64,000 nt of DNA from Vicugna vicugna (lineage: Eukaryota). Both the position numbers and the translations under genes were made by a program. This document shows positions 1-13,090 of this stretch, piece by piece; the stretch's first letter is position 1, and each line of letters begins with the position of its first letter. The DNA is taken from assembly GCA_013265495.1 (NCBI GenBank), contig MU057560.1:2542909-2606908 (forward strand), read 5' to 3'. The notes beneath the pieces were generated by a model, which saw only the letters and a program-made list of their open reading frames with translations, had not been told where the DNA came from and ran no database searches.

Positions 1-1216
1 TAATCCAGAAAGCCTTTTGCTGTTGTAGTAAGTGTTCAGGAGAAAGCGCATCCTGCGTCTGAGCTACGCTGCCCGCGCTGTGGGCCCAGGGCTCCTCCAC
101 ACATCCCACGCACCCGAGCGTGCCTTCCGCCGGCTCCCCCGCCTCACGTGGTCCCAATCCCTCCACACCCTTGTTCTGTCCGCGTTGTCTTCCACCCCAG
201 CACACGTGCTGGCACACTCGTGTTCCCCTCGGGCGCTCTCAGCGCCTTTCGGTGAGGACTCCGTCCAATGGCACAGGTGGCTGTAGCATCTCTGATGACC
301 TCTGACAGACGAGAGGAGCCCATGTGCAGTTTCTCAGCAAACTAATGAGTCCACGAACGCACTGTGCAGAGTCCCGGAATTGTGCAGCAGTGATGGTGCG
401 ACAGTTAACATCATGTGAGTCTTTGGAAGTGTGTAGACTAATCCATCAGGATCATCTTCCGTGTGCCAGGCACGTGACTGACTCGCCAACAAACACATCT
501 AACAATTTTCCGTGTCTGAGCTCAGGAAATGTCTGGGAGGAAACGGTCCTCCCCGCCACCGTGCTGTTCCTCCGTTTGCACGTGAAGGTCAGGAGGCGGA
601 CTTCCGATGGTGCTCTGAGGCTTGTGGAGGCAGCGCCCAGGCCTGGATGCTTCAGTCTACCCTCTTGTGCTCAACCACAGAAACTAATCTTCAGTTTTAA
701 TTAACGTGTGACGTATTCTACACCCTCGAAGTCACCTCTACCTAGAATCAGATGAGGACCGAATTATTTGCTCAGTGTTTCTGTTTCCACTGTTTCTCTT
801 CAACTGTTTTTTGCCCCAGGAGTGAGACCTCACGGAGCTGGTCTTGGGCATCCTGCCTGGACAGCTGGGCTCCTCTGTCATCCCCGACCAGACGGCAGTG
901 CCGCGGCCCTGGGGCTGCTGAGCTGGTGCACCTCAGAGGCTTTCTTTGAGGCGGCTTGACGATGCCAGAACACCAGGAACATAGCTTCGGGAGCTTTTCA
1001 TAGTTCTCTGACACTGGACTTTCTGCAGGACAGCCCAAGCACCGCCAGAACAGTAAAATAAAATAAGAAAATGTTTCTTCCTTTGGCTCCCAGGAACTGA
1101 TGAAGAGGAATATTCCTGTAATTGTTCACTTAGTAGCAAATCTGGAGGAAGCTTCTCCCCAGAGAATCCTCTTCTGTGGTTAAAAGTGGCCTTTGCCAGG
1201 CGGGAAGGCTGCAGCA

Positions 1217-1292
1217 CGGGGGGGGGGGGGGGGGGGGGGCGGGGGGGCCTGTGCTGGGGGGAGAAAGGGGGGGGGGGGCGGGCGCAGGAGGG
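1217..1292. repeat. Poly-G / G-rich low-complexity tract
   Basis: A run of more than 20 G followed by further G runs, with gggcctgtg occurring twice. Confidence 0.85.
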
Positions 1293-2938
1293 CCTGTGTT
1301 CAGGTGACTAAAGGTGGAGTTGGCTCCAGGTAGGTGCTCAATAATAAAACGTGTCAAACGCAGCCCTGGGCTTTCTTTCTGATTTTACTGACACCACAAC
1401 TCTCCCAGCAAATCATCTTGTCTAGAAAGGTTGAATCAGTGTGCCTTGGTGGTCCCTGAGCCAGACCAGACCAGAGCTGATATTTCATTCTCTCCCTGTC
1501 CTGAGAGGTAATAACGCTACCTGGGATGCTGAGGGAAATACTGGTTTTTGAAGTTTCAGGAAATTGGACATTTAAAACATCAGGACCACGACACCTGGCA
1601 CAGGCTCCTCGTCATTTCTCCTGTGCGTGTTCTCTCACGGTCACAGCCAAGATAAAAAGCTGTTTCATTTCATGTCTTCAATACGTGCAAGATGTTACCC
1701 TATAACATGCTAATCTTCTTTGGGATGACCACAAGGCTTAATATTTTTTAAATAATGGGAATTAGGACTTTGCTAAGCCTGGTAAGAATTCAGAAGTGAT
1801 TGGATTTGTTGCTGACATTAATTTATTCTATTGACTCATCAGATCATCGGAGGGCGAGTTCCCAGCGTGCCAGAAGCAACCTGTCAACACGTGTCCGTCC
1901 CGATGTGCGCCGTGTGCGGAGTCAGGGCGCTGGGCCTGGGGGCACGGAGCGTCTCCTCCCAGTGGGGGTCACGGGAAGAGATAAGGCGTAACCTTAAATG
2001 ACAATTAAACGCGTTTCACAATCTGATAGGAAAGATCATTTTAAATCACGGCACTATATTTCCAGTTGTAAATTGTGCACATACCGCGATCGTCAAGCTG
2101 TGCAAAGATAAAGGCGACAGGAGCCTCTCCCACTAGCCCTGCCTGGTGGGGGTTCATACAGCAGACGGTTGCTGAATTCCCGCTGCTTTCTGAGCACTGT
2201 GCTGGGTGGATGGTCGTAAGGCCAGCAGTCACGCAAAAATAATCAGCTTGGAAAGGGCTTCCGTAGAAGTGGGCTCAGGCACAGAGGACTAGGGTGGGGA
2301 TGGGGCCTGAGAAGCTTCACAAGGCAGGGACCAGCCTGAGCTGGAGCTGAGGCTAAGCAGGCCCGCCACGGGGGACACAGCGGTGCGCAGGGGGCCGCCG
2401 CGGCGCCGCCCAGGAGCTCACGTGCGGAGGGCACGGCTACGCCAGGAGGTGCAGGCAGGAGGCTCTGGTGATAAGGGGGGGCGCCGGGTCAGGGCCTCGC
2501 ACCGCAGGCCAGACTCTGCCCCTTGGTCCTCTAGTGATGGGAAGCTGTGCGAGCATCACCAGGCGTGCGTGCGCGCAGGCCGACTCTGGCTGCTCTGCGC
2601 GAGGTGGCCTGGAGGGAACCAGCCAGCGGAGCAAGCGACAGGAAAGACCACGGCGGTGCCTTGGTCTGATGTCCATCTAGCCCACTAGGACCTCCTGGGA
2701 TAAGTGACTTCTGGCTTAAAAGTGTTGATGTGTTGCGGGGGAAGGAAGGGGTGGTGCACGGATTTGAAAAAGGCCAAATTTCCTGCAATTCAGGGAATAT
2801 GAGCTGCAAAATGACAGGAAGAAGCGGTGTGACAAATGTGTGTGGTGTGTTTAGGTTTACACTGTATATTACATACTTACATGTATGTAATATAATAAAT
2901 ACATTGAATTATGATAAAATATAAGATTATATATTAAA

Positions 2939-3315
2939 TATACAATTATTTCTATAAATACATTCATTGTTAAAGTATTGTATACAAATGTATGTATAGT
3001 ATATTTACATTTGTATAGGTATACAATTTTTCCTATAAATATACGCACTATTCATGTATATAAATGTATATATGGCATATTTGCATACAATAGGTATACA
3101 ATTATTTCTGTAAATATGTACACTGCTAATGTATTGTATATCAATGTGCACATGGTATGTTTATGCACAATAGATATACAGTTATTTCTATAAATACATA
3201 TACTGTTAATGATAGTACATTTATACACAATAGATACACGATTATTTCTATAAATATATACATTGTTAATGTATATAAATGCACATATAGTATATTTATA
3301 TACGTGTATATAAGT
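2939..3315. repeat. Degenerate AT-rich tandem repeat, about 5 units of 60-81 bp
   Basis: A TACAATTATTTCTATAAATA-like motif recurs at about 2941, 3022, 3097, 3177 and 3237. Confidence 0.75.
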
Positions 3316-3759
3316 ATGTGTGTATGTGCACTGTCATTCTTCCGATGGTCAGTATCTTAGAATAGACAGAACAGACCACGTCTGTGCTCAGATGGTGTTG
3401 TTTCTGACGATCCTTCTCTTTCTGAGCATCCAGGCCACGAGAAGTAACTCCAGTCCTGACTCCTGCTGTTGCCTGAGTGCCCAGTCTGTGCTGAACACCA
3501 TGGGGACTGCAGTTACTTTCCTGTTAACCTGCACACCAAATGCTATGAGTACGTTATTCTTGTCTTGTCACAGCAAGGGCAGTGAGATTCATCTGAGACT
3601 AAACAATTTTCCAAGGTAGCACGAAAGTGGAAACCTCTGCGGGTAGGGGCGGGTCCACCCGCTCTTTTGGGAGCCCGCATACTCGGGCTCGCAGGCACCT
3701 GGGATTGTGACGTCTTCTGGTTTCCGATTTGGGACAAACCTCACAGATCGTTTACTCGA

Positions 3760-3885
3760 GGCTTCTCATTTCACAGGTGAGGGGACTGAGGCTGGAGAGG
3801 GGGAGAGACGTGGTCCAGTTCCAAGAGCCGTGAGGTCAGACCTGCAGCCTGAGCCTCTGTGTCTTGCTTCGCTGACCTGATCTTC
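3760..3885 (-). mobile_element. MIR SINE fragment
   Basis: ctcatttcacaggtgaggggactgaggc matches the antisense MIR core (cccattttacagatgaggaaactgaggc). Confidence 0.65.
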
Positions 3886-4254
3886 TCACGGCTCCACGGT
3901 CATCTTCATCACGGTAAAGTCAGAAGTGGGCACATGGTTGCTGAGACACAGCGTCAAAACAAGTGTTTGGCCAAGTGGAGAAGAAGCTAATTCAAACATC
4001 ACTTTATATAAAACAGAGGCCCCACAGTTATGTGTAAATCACTCCTTTGTAGTTGGGATCTCCAGGGCCCTTCACTTGCGGACTGGTCAGTTCGTGGCGC
4101 CCACAGTTCTTGACTTTAGGTCTCTTTGTTTCTTCCTTCTGGCCAAGGAACTCATAACTGATTACGGAATATCGAGAACCTGAAAGTAGAGCTGGGAGTT
4201 TTGGATCCACACGACTTCGGAGGTCTGTGGACTTACTGCAGTTGCACAAAAAAT

Positions 4255-4432
4255 AGTGTGTGCCTGTGTGTGTGTGCTTGTGTTTGCCTGTGTGTGTGTG
4301 CTTGCATGTGTGCCTGTGTGCGTGCCCTTGTGTGTGTGTGCCTGTGTGTGTGCGCACCTGTGCGTGTGTGCCTGTGTGTGCACCTGTGTGCGTGTGTGCC
4401 CATGTGCGTGTGTGCCTGTGTGTGTGTGTGCC
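4255..4432. repeat. Degenerate (TG)n / (TGTGCC)n microsatellite
   Basis: Directly visible in the sequence. Confidence 0.9.
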
Positions 4433-4929
4433 TGGGTTGCACGCTGAGAAGTGCACCTTTTTCCTTGGGCACTAATTCACGAGTTTTATCAGATTTCAAG
4501 AAAGCACACCCCACATGACAGGTAGCTCTAAGGTACGGAAGCTTTCAGGCCAGTAAGGAGTCACTGATGGAACAGTGTAATTTTCTGTAATGATGGTTTT
4601 GACAAAAAAAGTTGAGATTTAAATTTAGACTGAAAGAAAATTGAAAGGTAAGTGTGAAAATGGTCTTCTGAGCCATTTTGTGCATTTGCAAGCAACCCCA
4701 CGAGTTTCTGGGCTGAGGAGACGAAAGCCCCTCCCAGCCTCCGGGTACCCCTGAGTCGCGGCACCTGGCTGCGGTAGAGTTCCACTCTTACCTAGTCAGC
4801 TGTCTGCGCTGTGCCTGCACCGTCATGGCTGCGGCACGGGCATCTGTGTGCGTTCCTCTCAAGGCTGCTCGCTCCAGCGTGGGAAGGCTTTGACTATTAG
4901 ACTGTCCCTTGAGGTGCACACTACTGCCC

Positions 4930-5470
4930 TGTGACGGTAAATTTTACGTGTCAAGTTGACTAGACTAGGGCATGTCCGGATAGCTGGGAAGACATGATTT
5001 CCGGATGTGTGTAAGGTCGTTTCCAGCAGAGATTAGCGTTGATTAGCTGGACTGAGTAAAGGGGCTCGTCCTCACCAGTGTGAGCGGACGTCGCTCAGCC
5101 CCTCGAGGGCCTCGGCAGAACAAAACGTGCAGAAGGAGTGCGTTTTCTCTCTTGCTCACGCCGGGACACCCGCCCTTTCCTGCCCTGGGACGTCAGTGCT
5201 CTGGGTTCTTAGGCCTTCAGACCTGGACGGGGCTTTTGCTGTTGGTTCCCCTGGTCCTCAGGGCTGTGGGTTTGGACTGGAGCTACATCGTGGACGTCCC
5301 TGGGACTCCAGCTTGCAGATGGAAAGTCACATTGCTCAGCCTTCATAATCACACATGCTAATTTCCATAATAAATCTCCATATCTACCTACTTATCTGTC
5401 TATCCATCCACCCATCCATCCATCATCCATCCTGTTGGTTCTGTTTCTCTGGAGAACCATGGCTAGTACA
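4930..5470 (+). mobile_element. MLT2-type ERVL solo LTR
   Basis: Starts tgtgacggtaaattttacgtgtcaagttgact and ends tcctgttggttctgtttctctggagaaccatggctagtaca. Both ends are characteristic of MLT2, with TG...CA termini. Confidence 0.85.
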
Positions 5471-6442
5471 CGTCTTGTAACTATTCGTCTTAGTTCTCCC
5501 CACTGTAGAAGTAGAGACATCTAACGCTGTGTCTTCCTCACGACAAGCACCACTGCTCATGTGTCTCCCCTCCCCCCGGCTCTTGTCCTCAGCTTCTTCC
5601 CCTCATCTGCAAACGCCATGCTTTCTGGTCCGCTACTGATTTCTAGCCAAATGCACGCTGTTGCCAGAGACGGGCTCTGACCAACCTCAAAGTAGTCAGG
5701 CAGGCATCACTTCCTTTTTTTGTTATCACTACACTTTCCTTAAAAAAAAATCTTAAGGAACAGTAACTTACTTGGCATTTATATCACACTGAAGGCTCAT
5801 AGTCAATAAAAACTCATTTTTTTCACATTCTGTCTTTAAACTTCGGCTTTTCCCTTACGCCTCAAATGTCCAGTTATTTTTATGGACAAAATATAACATG
5901 TTCTATTTGTCCATAATATATTTTATTATTTAAGATTCACAGCCTTCTATGACAAGCCTTCAGGGACATCTGATGGAAAATTTATAGAAAACAATTTATA
6001 AGCCAGAAGGTGTAGTCTGGGGGTGCCTGACTGTTGCCACAGGTCTGACTACTTTTTATTTATTGTATCTCTATTTGGTCAGATTATTGTTTTCTTTGTT
6101 TTTTACTGGGATCCATATTCTACTGTTTGCTGCCTCCTTGTTGGCTGTGGCGCTGGGTGTATGTGAGAGCGAGATACGGGAAACGACAGAAGCGGGAAAC
6201 AAGGTTCCTCACTCTTTTGAAGTCACTCTGGTTCCGTTCACCTACGTCTAAGAAGGTTTACTTCCTAACTGCCCCTTTTTATCCTGTTTTCTGCCTCCCA
6301 CCTCCTTTATCTTCTTGTTTCTTTCCTCCTCACTCCCTTTGAACGGCCGTATCCCTTGAGAAGGCACTTCAGGACCACGGACAGAGGTGCACGCGAGGGA
6401 TTCATTCCAAGTCACTCTGCCCCGCGAAGAACTATAGTATCC

Positions 6443-6592
6443 ACAAAATGTTATGATAAATCACAGAGAAAAAAATGTGACAATGAGTGTGTATATGTCC
6501 ATGAATGACTGAAAAATTGTGCTGAACACTGGAATTTGACACAACATTGTAAAATGATTACAAATCAATAAAAAATGTAAAAAAAAAAAAAA
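6443..6592 (+). mobile_element. 5'-truncated young camelid-type L1 3' end with poly(A) and target-site duplication (TSD)
   Basis: Near-identical reverse complement of 49390-49530, with AATAAA and an A tail. Flanked by aagaactatagtatcc (6427-6442) and aagaagtacagtatcc (6593-6608). Confidence 0.9.
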
Positions 6593-7035
6593 AAGAAGTA
6601 CAGTATCCGCTTCACGCTAATGACGTTCTGGGTAAATACCCTTTTAAAGGACGCTAGATAACCTAGTGATTTTAACATATACTATCAGCCAGAATAATAT
6701 GGAGATGTCACCCTATTTAAATGTTCTCTTTTTATAACAGAACTATGAAATTTTACAGTAACTTAGAAATGGTGGGTCTTCTTTTTTTTTTTTTTCTTTT
6801 TCTTGTTTCCTAGCCCAGGAAAGCTGGTGCAACGCTTACACTTTCCTCCATGTAAGGACAAACTCCAGCTTCATTAAAACTCAACCTTCTGCAACCACTG
6901 GAAGCCTCCCGTTCTCTTCTTGCACAAGTTAGTGTAAGAGCACCCCTGGTCCACAGCTGAGCTGCTGGGCAGGACTGACAGGCAGCCGTGCACCCTTCCT
7001 CCCAGGCCTCTGGTTCCATCCATTTTATTTAAAAC

Positions 7036-7037
<2 letters not shown>

Positions 7038-7103
<66 letters not shown>

Positions 7104-7108
7104 ATTAT
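7038..7108. repeat. (TTA)n microsatellite at an L1 tail
   Basis: About 20 TTA units. Confidence 0.95.
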
Positions 7109-8600
7109 GGTATAACTGACATATTCCATTATATTAGTTTCAGGTATAAAACATAATTCAGTATTTGTTTACATTGCAAAAGGGTCACCACAGTAAGTCT
7201 AGTTGCCATCTGTCACCATACATAGTTACATTTTTTTTCCATGTGATGAGGACTTCATCATGATAAGATGATAAGATTTACTCTCTTAAACCTGCCAAAC
7301 AAGCACAGCATTACTAATTATAGTCAACATGCTGCTCCTTACATCCCCAGGATTTATTCATTTTATAGCTGGGAGTGTCTACCTTTTGACCCCCTTCACC
7401 CATTTTACCAAACCCCCACTCCACCCTCTGACAACCGCCAGCCTGTTTTTTGTGTATATGAGCTTGCTTTTTGTTTTTGTTTTAATGCCACATATAATTG
7501 AAATTATATGGTATTTGCCTTTCTCTGTCTGCCTCATTTCACTTAGCATATTGCCCTCAACGTACATTCATGTTGTCACAAATGGCACAACTTCACTCTT
7601 TTTTATGGCTGAATAGTATTCCATTGTATATACCCCACATTTTCTTTATCTATTCATACTTTGATAGTAGGTTGTTTCCATATCTTGGCATTGTTATTAT
7701 AAATAATGCTGCAGTGAACATGCGGGTGCATTTATTTTTCTGAATTAGTGTTTTCATTTTTGTCAGATACTCAGAAGTGGAATTTGCTGGATCATATTCT
7801 AGTTCTGTTTCTAATTTTTTGAGGCACTTGCATGCTGTTTATCAGATAAATAATTTCCAAATACTTCCTCCCGCTCAGTCGGCTGCCTTTTCATTTTGTT
7901 GATGATTTCCTTTCCGTGCAGAAGCTTTTTAGCTCGTTTTAGTTCCCGTTCTTTATTTTGCTTTTGTTGTCTTTGCTTTTAAAATCAGAGCCAAAAAAAT
8001 TGTCACCACGACTGATGTCAAAGGTCTTGCCACCTATATTTTCATCTAGGAGTTTTATGGTTTCAGGTCTTACATTAAAGTCTTCACTCCATTTTGAGTT
8101 AATTTTTGTGTATAGGGTAACATGGTGGTCTGGTTTCATTCTTTTGCATGTGATGGTCAGCTTTTCCCAAAACCACTTACGGAAGCCTGTCCTTTCCCTT
8201 TGTAAATTCTTGGCTCCTTTGTCATAAATTAGTTGACCATATAGTCATGGGCTTATTTCTGGAGTCTGTTTCTATCCCATTGGTCTATGTGCCTATTTTT
8301 ATTTCAAAGCCATGCTGTTTTGATTACTGCAGCTCAGTCAGGGAACATGATGCCTCCAGCTTCGTCCTTCTTTCTCAAGATTGCTTTGGCTTCACAGGGT
8401 CACTTGTGTTTCCACACTTTTTTTGTTCTATTTCTGTGAAAAATGCCATTGGGATTTTGACAGGGGTTGGCTGAATCTGTAGATTGCTTTGGGCAGTGTG
8501 GACATTTTTGCAGTATTGGTTTTTCCAGTCCGTGAGCATGGCATGTCTTTTCATTCATTTGTATCTCCCTCAATTTTTTCATCAGTGTCTTAAAGGTGCC
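7108..8600 (-). mobile_element. L1 (L1MA-like) 3' UTR and degraded ORF2 3' part
   Basis: Minus-strand translations resemble L1 ORF2 (LYTKINSKWSEDFNVRPETIKLLDENIG; MLSEMRQTEKGKYHII). Confidence 0.9.
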
Positions 8601-9329
8601 TTTATTTAAATGAAATATTTTGTGTTTATGGTGGCTTGGCCCCATAACATGCTATCTTCAGTTATTTCTGAGAAAAGTGCAATAAATCTTTTCTTTAATT
8701 TCAAACCAAATATTATTCTCATGTGTTTTCTTCATATTGCTTTGATATGAAAAGACAAAAAAGACACTTTAATTAATGATAATAGTAATAATGACTATAA
8801 AGTTATTAGCTATTTTGTTTACTTACGAGAAACAGCATATGTTTTCCATGTGGATAAGTCCCTTAAATCATCATGCTTGTGGCTATCGAAAGTAACTCAC
8901 AAAGGCACAAATTGCTAACACGCAGTTCTCGGTCGGACCACACATCATTTATTTCACATGTAAAACTTAACTGCATGTCTAATTAAACACGCTCACAGAA
9001 GGTTATCAACAGAAATGTCAGCGCCTCATTTTCACATAGTAAATACTCACCTTTCCTGCCTGTTTTCTGTCATGCTCTTCAGCCCTGTGTACACAGTGTG
9101 TGACACATGCGGGTGTGACACCCTTGGCGTGTCTCTGTGTGTCCATGTGGTCCCTGCATTTTCAGAGTGGAGAAGGCAGTCTAAAAGGAAATCTAGGTCG
9201 GAGAGAGAGTGAACTCCGCATCTCACGTCTGAACGTCCTCACCAAGAATCAAGCTGGTACATTTAGTGCGTTAAAACCACCCTGCTTTGCAAATACCATG
9301 ATTACATGTTTAGAAATTTCAAATATTTC

Positions 9330-10990
9330 TGTAGACAAACTTGGAATTTAAAAGTCAAGTTAGCAAGGTTACTAGTTAAAAAATCATATGTACACAAGTT
9401 GATCAGATTCCTATACAGCAACAATAAACAGTAGAAAATTGATAATAGCATTGAAACACATCAAACATATGAAAATAAACAAAAGTATGCAAAACCTCTA
9501 TGCTGAAAAGTATGCAGTGTAACTGAGAAAAATTAAAACAGTAAATATATAGAGAAATGTACCGCTCTCATAGCTTGCAAAAATCAGTTTTGTATTAATT
9601 TCAACATTTCTCTCACTGATCTGAAGATATAATACAATTATAATTATAAATATAATATATTTATAAAATTATTATATATTATAAAATATAGTACAATTAC
9701 AATTAAAATTCTAGCAGACTTTTTTAGAATACTAAAAAGCTTTTCCAAAAACTCACATGGAAATGCAAATGGCCAAGACACTCACGAAAGACCAAGAACA
9801 TGACTGGAGGCCTTAAGCTACCGGGAAACAGGATGTACTATAAACTACGGTGGTTGAGGCAGAGTGGTCAGAGAGACTGACAAGCCGGCAGAACAAAGCA
9901 GAGCACAGAAATCAGCCCCACACATAAAACTCCCCGGTTTTATGAAACCTGTGAGGCTGCAGCGGAGCGGACAAGCGAGAGCCTTTTTGATTAATTGTGT
10001 TAGATCAACTGGACATGAATATGGAAAAATTAACCCCTAATTTGCCAGTTCACAGAAACAAACCCTTGTGCACTGCAGATCTAAAAGTGAAATATTTAGA
10101 AGTATTACAGAGGAAAATGATGGATCATCTTTATGAATTGGAATTGGAAAGACTTCCTAACCAGGACAAAAGCCTGAAAACAGAATATTGACACACTTCA
10201 CTAAAAAGAGATGAAGTATTACTATTTATCAGAATAGACCGTTAAAAGCATGAAAGACAAATAATGTAGAAAAGGAGAGGCCGCTGGTGATGTATCCACC
10301 CAACAAAAGACTCACACCCAGGACACGTAGAGGGCGACTTTATAAATCAGTAAGAAAAGCAGAAAAAAGCCAACAGAAAAATGGCGAGCAATCTCACCGG
10401 GCACTTCACAAAGGCAAGTCAGCACAGCCAGTGAACATACAAAAGTGCTTGACTTCATGTGCCATCAGAAGCGTGCAAAGTAAATTTGCAGTTGGTAACT
10501 ATCAGAAGAGTTAGAATGAAAAGAGACCTCTCGCGCCAAGTTACAGCGAAGACGCGGAGCAACCAGAGCTCGCTGGCATTTCTGGCGGAAGCCAGCCGGG
10601 CTGCGGTGCAGAGTCCCCAGCGGAACTGCTCCCACTGCGAGATGCCGGAAGGTCACCGGTGCAAAGGATGCATAGTTGTGACGGCCACTCACGGGATCCA
10701 GGGAGGCGAGGATGACCACCCCAAAACTGCAGGCAGCAACGTGGCTGAACCTCACAGGCTCCACGTGGCGCAGAAGGAGCCAGATGGGAGCCACCGCACG
10801 CTGTGCAGTTCCATTATGAGCGTCCCAGAAAGTGGCAAATACACTGTGCGGTGTCTGGGTCAGGCCGGTGGTTACCATGGAGGCAGAGCAGTGACCGAGA
10901 AGGGACATAGGGGTGGCTTCTGGGCTGCTGGTTATACCTAGGTTCTTAATTAAGGTTCCTGTGAATACAGGTGTGCGTTCTGTGTGCCAA
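9330..10990 (+). mobile_element. Old L1 (L1MC/ME-like) ORF2 3' region and 3' UTR, heavily decayed
   Basis: A-rich strand with L1 ORF2-like motifs such as tagcaaggtt, caaaacctctatgctgaaaa and acatggaaatgcaaatggcc. Confidence 0.7.
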
Positions 10991-12189
10991 AAATCATTGC
11001 ATCATATGCTGAATAACTGTGACTCATGCTTTCACTAGTGGGTAAGTGAGTTTTGATAAAAACCCTCCCAAGTTATGGCTCTTCACATAAAACAATGTAA
11101 CTTGATGAAACTGATGATTCTTCCAAACTTCTAAGTTCTAAAACTGATTTTCATGGCCGACTGGAGTTCAGAATCCTTGACTTTGCACAGTAACCTTGCT
11201 CACAGTAGCCAGTTTAGCTCAACAACATTAATTCAGATTCTTAGGGAGTCTTCAATATAAAATTCACAAAAACTCTTTTTGTTAAAAACACTCTACTTTC
11301 AAGGTCTCAGGAAGCTCTGGAATGCTTCTTCTGTGAAGCGAGGTGTTTTCCCATGAAATCCTTGGTCAAGACCATCTCTCGGAGCGGCATGCATATGACG
11401 GGCTCTACGTGCGTAAGTTGGTTACACTTGGGTCTTTTAAGACCATCTCTATGGATACCAGTTAAAGAGGAAGTTTATCAATGCCATTTTGGAAAAGCAA
11501 GCTTCTGAAAATGTGACGAAATCCGGATGTTTTGTAAATAGGGAACTATGCCCACTCACCGGGGCAAGTTTATTTTTGAGTTCACGGCAGAATACCAAGC
11601 TCGCGGCTTCCCCTGGTTTCTTGACCCTCTGTTGTCACAGGAGTGCGGCTGGGGAGGTTCCATGCCCTCCCACCCTCCTCAGTTGAACCAGGTGTGCCCT
11701 GGACGAGGACACCTGGCCTGGGGTCCTGCTGCCATGTGCCTGCAAAGCCCCGGGCCCCAGTGCAGGGTGGCCTCTGCTCCAAGCAAGACGTGAATCTTCT
11801 TGTTGGTAAAAGTGTTTGTGGTCCAATCCAGCTAGCTCTTGTTTCCTCTTAATCAAATTTCTCCAAAATTTCTCTTCCTCAGTCTCTGTCTCTGTCCCTG
11901 TATCGCTCTGTCCCTCGTTAAACCAGTGATTCCAAGACTTTGGGGTTAAAATGAACCCCTCAACGCGGTTTTTAGAGGCTCAGGTGCTCCCGGTCTAGCA
12001 TGGTCTTGTTATCTATAAATGTCTTATTCTGACCGGGCACCAGAATGACGGCAGGCACGTGGGTGCAGTGTATCCCCCCACCACAGGAGTGCAATGGCCA
12101 AAACGGGAAACAGCCGTGTCCTTGCTGCTTCAGGACTGCGGGTCTTCTGACCTCCTCGCCCAGCCTCGCCTCAACACAGGCACTCGACT

Positions 12190-13090
12190 GCACACACACG
12201 CACGCATGCACACGCACGCTCACACCCACGCACGTACACACACGCTCACACCCACGCACGTACACGCACGCGCTCACACCCACGCACGTACACGCACGCT
12301 CACACCCACGCACGTACACGCACGTGCTCACACCCACGCACGTACACGCACGCTCACACCCACGCACGTACACGCACGTGCTCACACCCACGCACGTACA
12401 CGCACGCTCACACCCACGCACGTACACGCACGTGCTCACACCCACGCACGTACACGCACGCTCACACCCACGCACGTACACGCACGTGCTCACACCCACG
12501 CACGTACACGCACGCTCACACCCACGCACGTACACGCACGTGCTCACACCCACGCACGTACACGCACGCTCACACCCACGCACGTACACGCACGTGCTCA
12601 CACCCACGCACGTACACGCACGCTCACACCCACGCACGTACACGCACGTGCTCACACCCACGCACGTACACGCACGCTCACACCCACGCACGTACACGCA
12701 CGTGCTCACACCCACGCACGTACACGCACGCTCACACCCACGCACGTACACGCACGTGCTCACACCCACGCACGTACACGCACGCTCACACCCACGCACG
12801 TACACGCACGTGCTCACACCCACGCACGTACACGCACGCTCACACCCACGCACGTACACGCACGTGCTCACACCCACGCACGTACACGCACGCTCACACC
12901 CACGCACGTACACGCACGTGCTCACACCCACGCACGTACACGCACGCTCACACCCACGCACGTACACGCACGTGCTCACACCCACGCACGTACACGCACG
13001 CTCACACCCACGCACGTACACGCACGTGCTCACACCCATGCACGTACACGCACGCTCACACCCACGCACATACACGCACGTGCTCACACG
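12190..13090. repeat. CpG-rich minisatellite with a 54-bp higher-order unit (26+28 bp), about 16 copies
   Basis: cgctcacacccacgcacgtacacgca alternates with cgtgctcacacccacgcacgtacacgca. The ORF track shows an 18-aa periodicity. Confidence 0.97.

Noticed and set aside
820..1065. Plus-strand terminal exon candidate (ttttttgccccag acceptor, AATAAA near 1057)
   Set aside because: No recognisable product and no supporting upstream exon is visible, so it could be chance.
1130..1357. Proline-rich (formin-like) ORF
   Set aside because: It is a product of the poly-G tract.
4028..4518. His/Thr- and Cys/Val-rich ORFs (also at 23484-23987)
   Set aside because: They are translations of (TG)n microsatellites.
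12190..13090. CRISPR-like array
   Set aside because: There are no unique spacers and no cas genes, and the context is mammalian.
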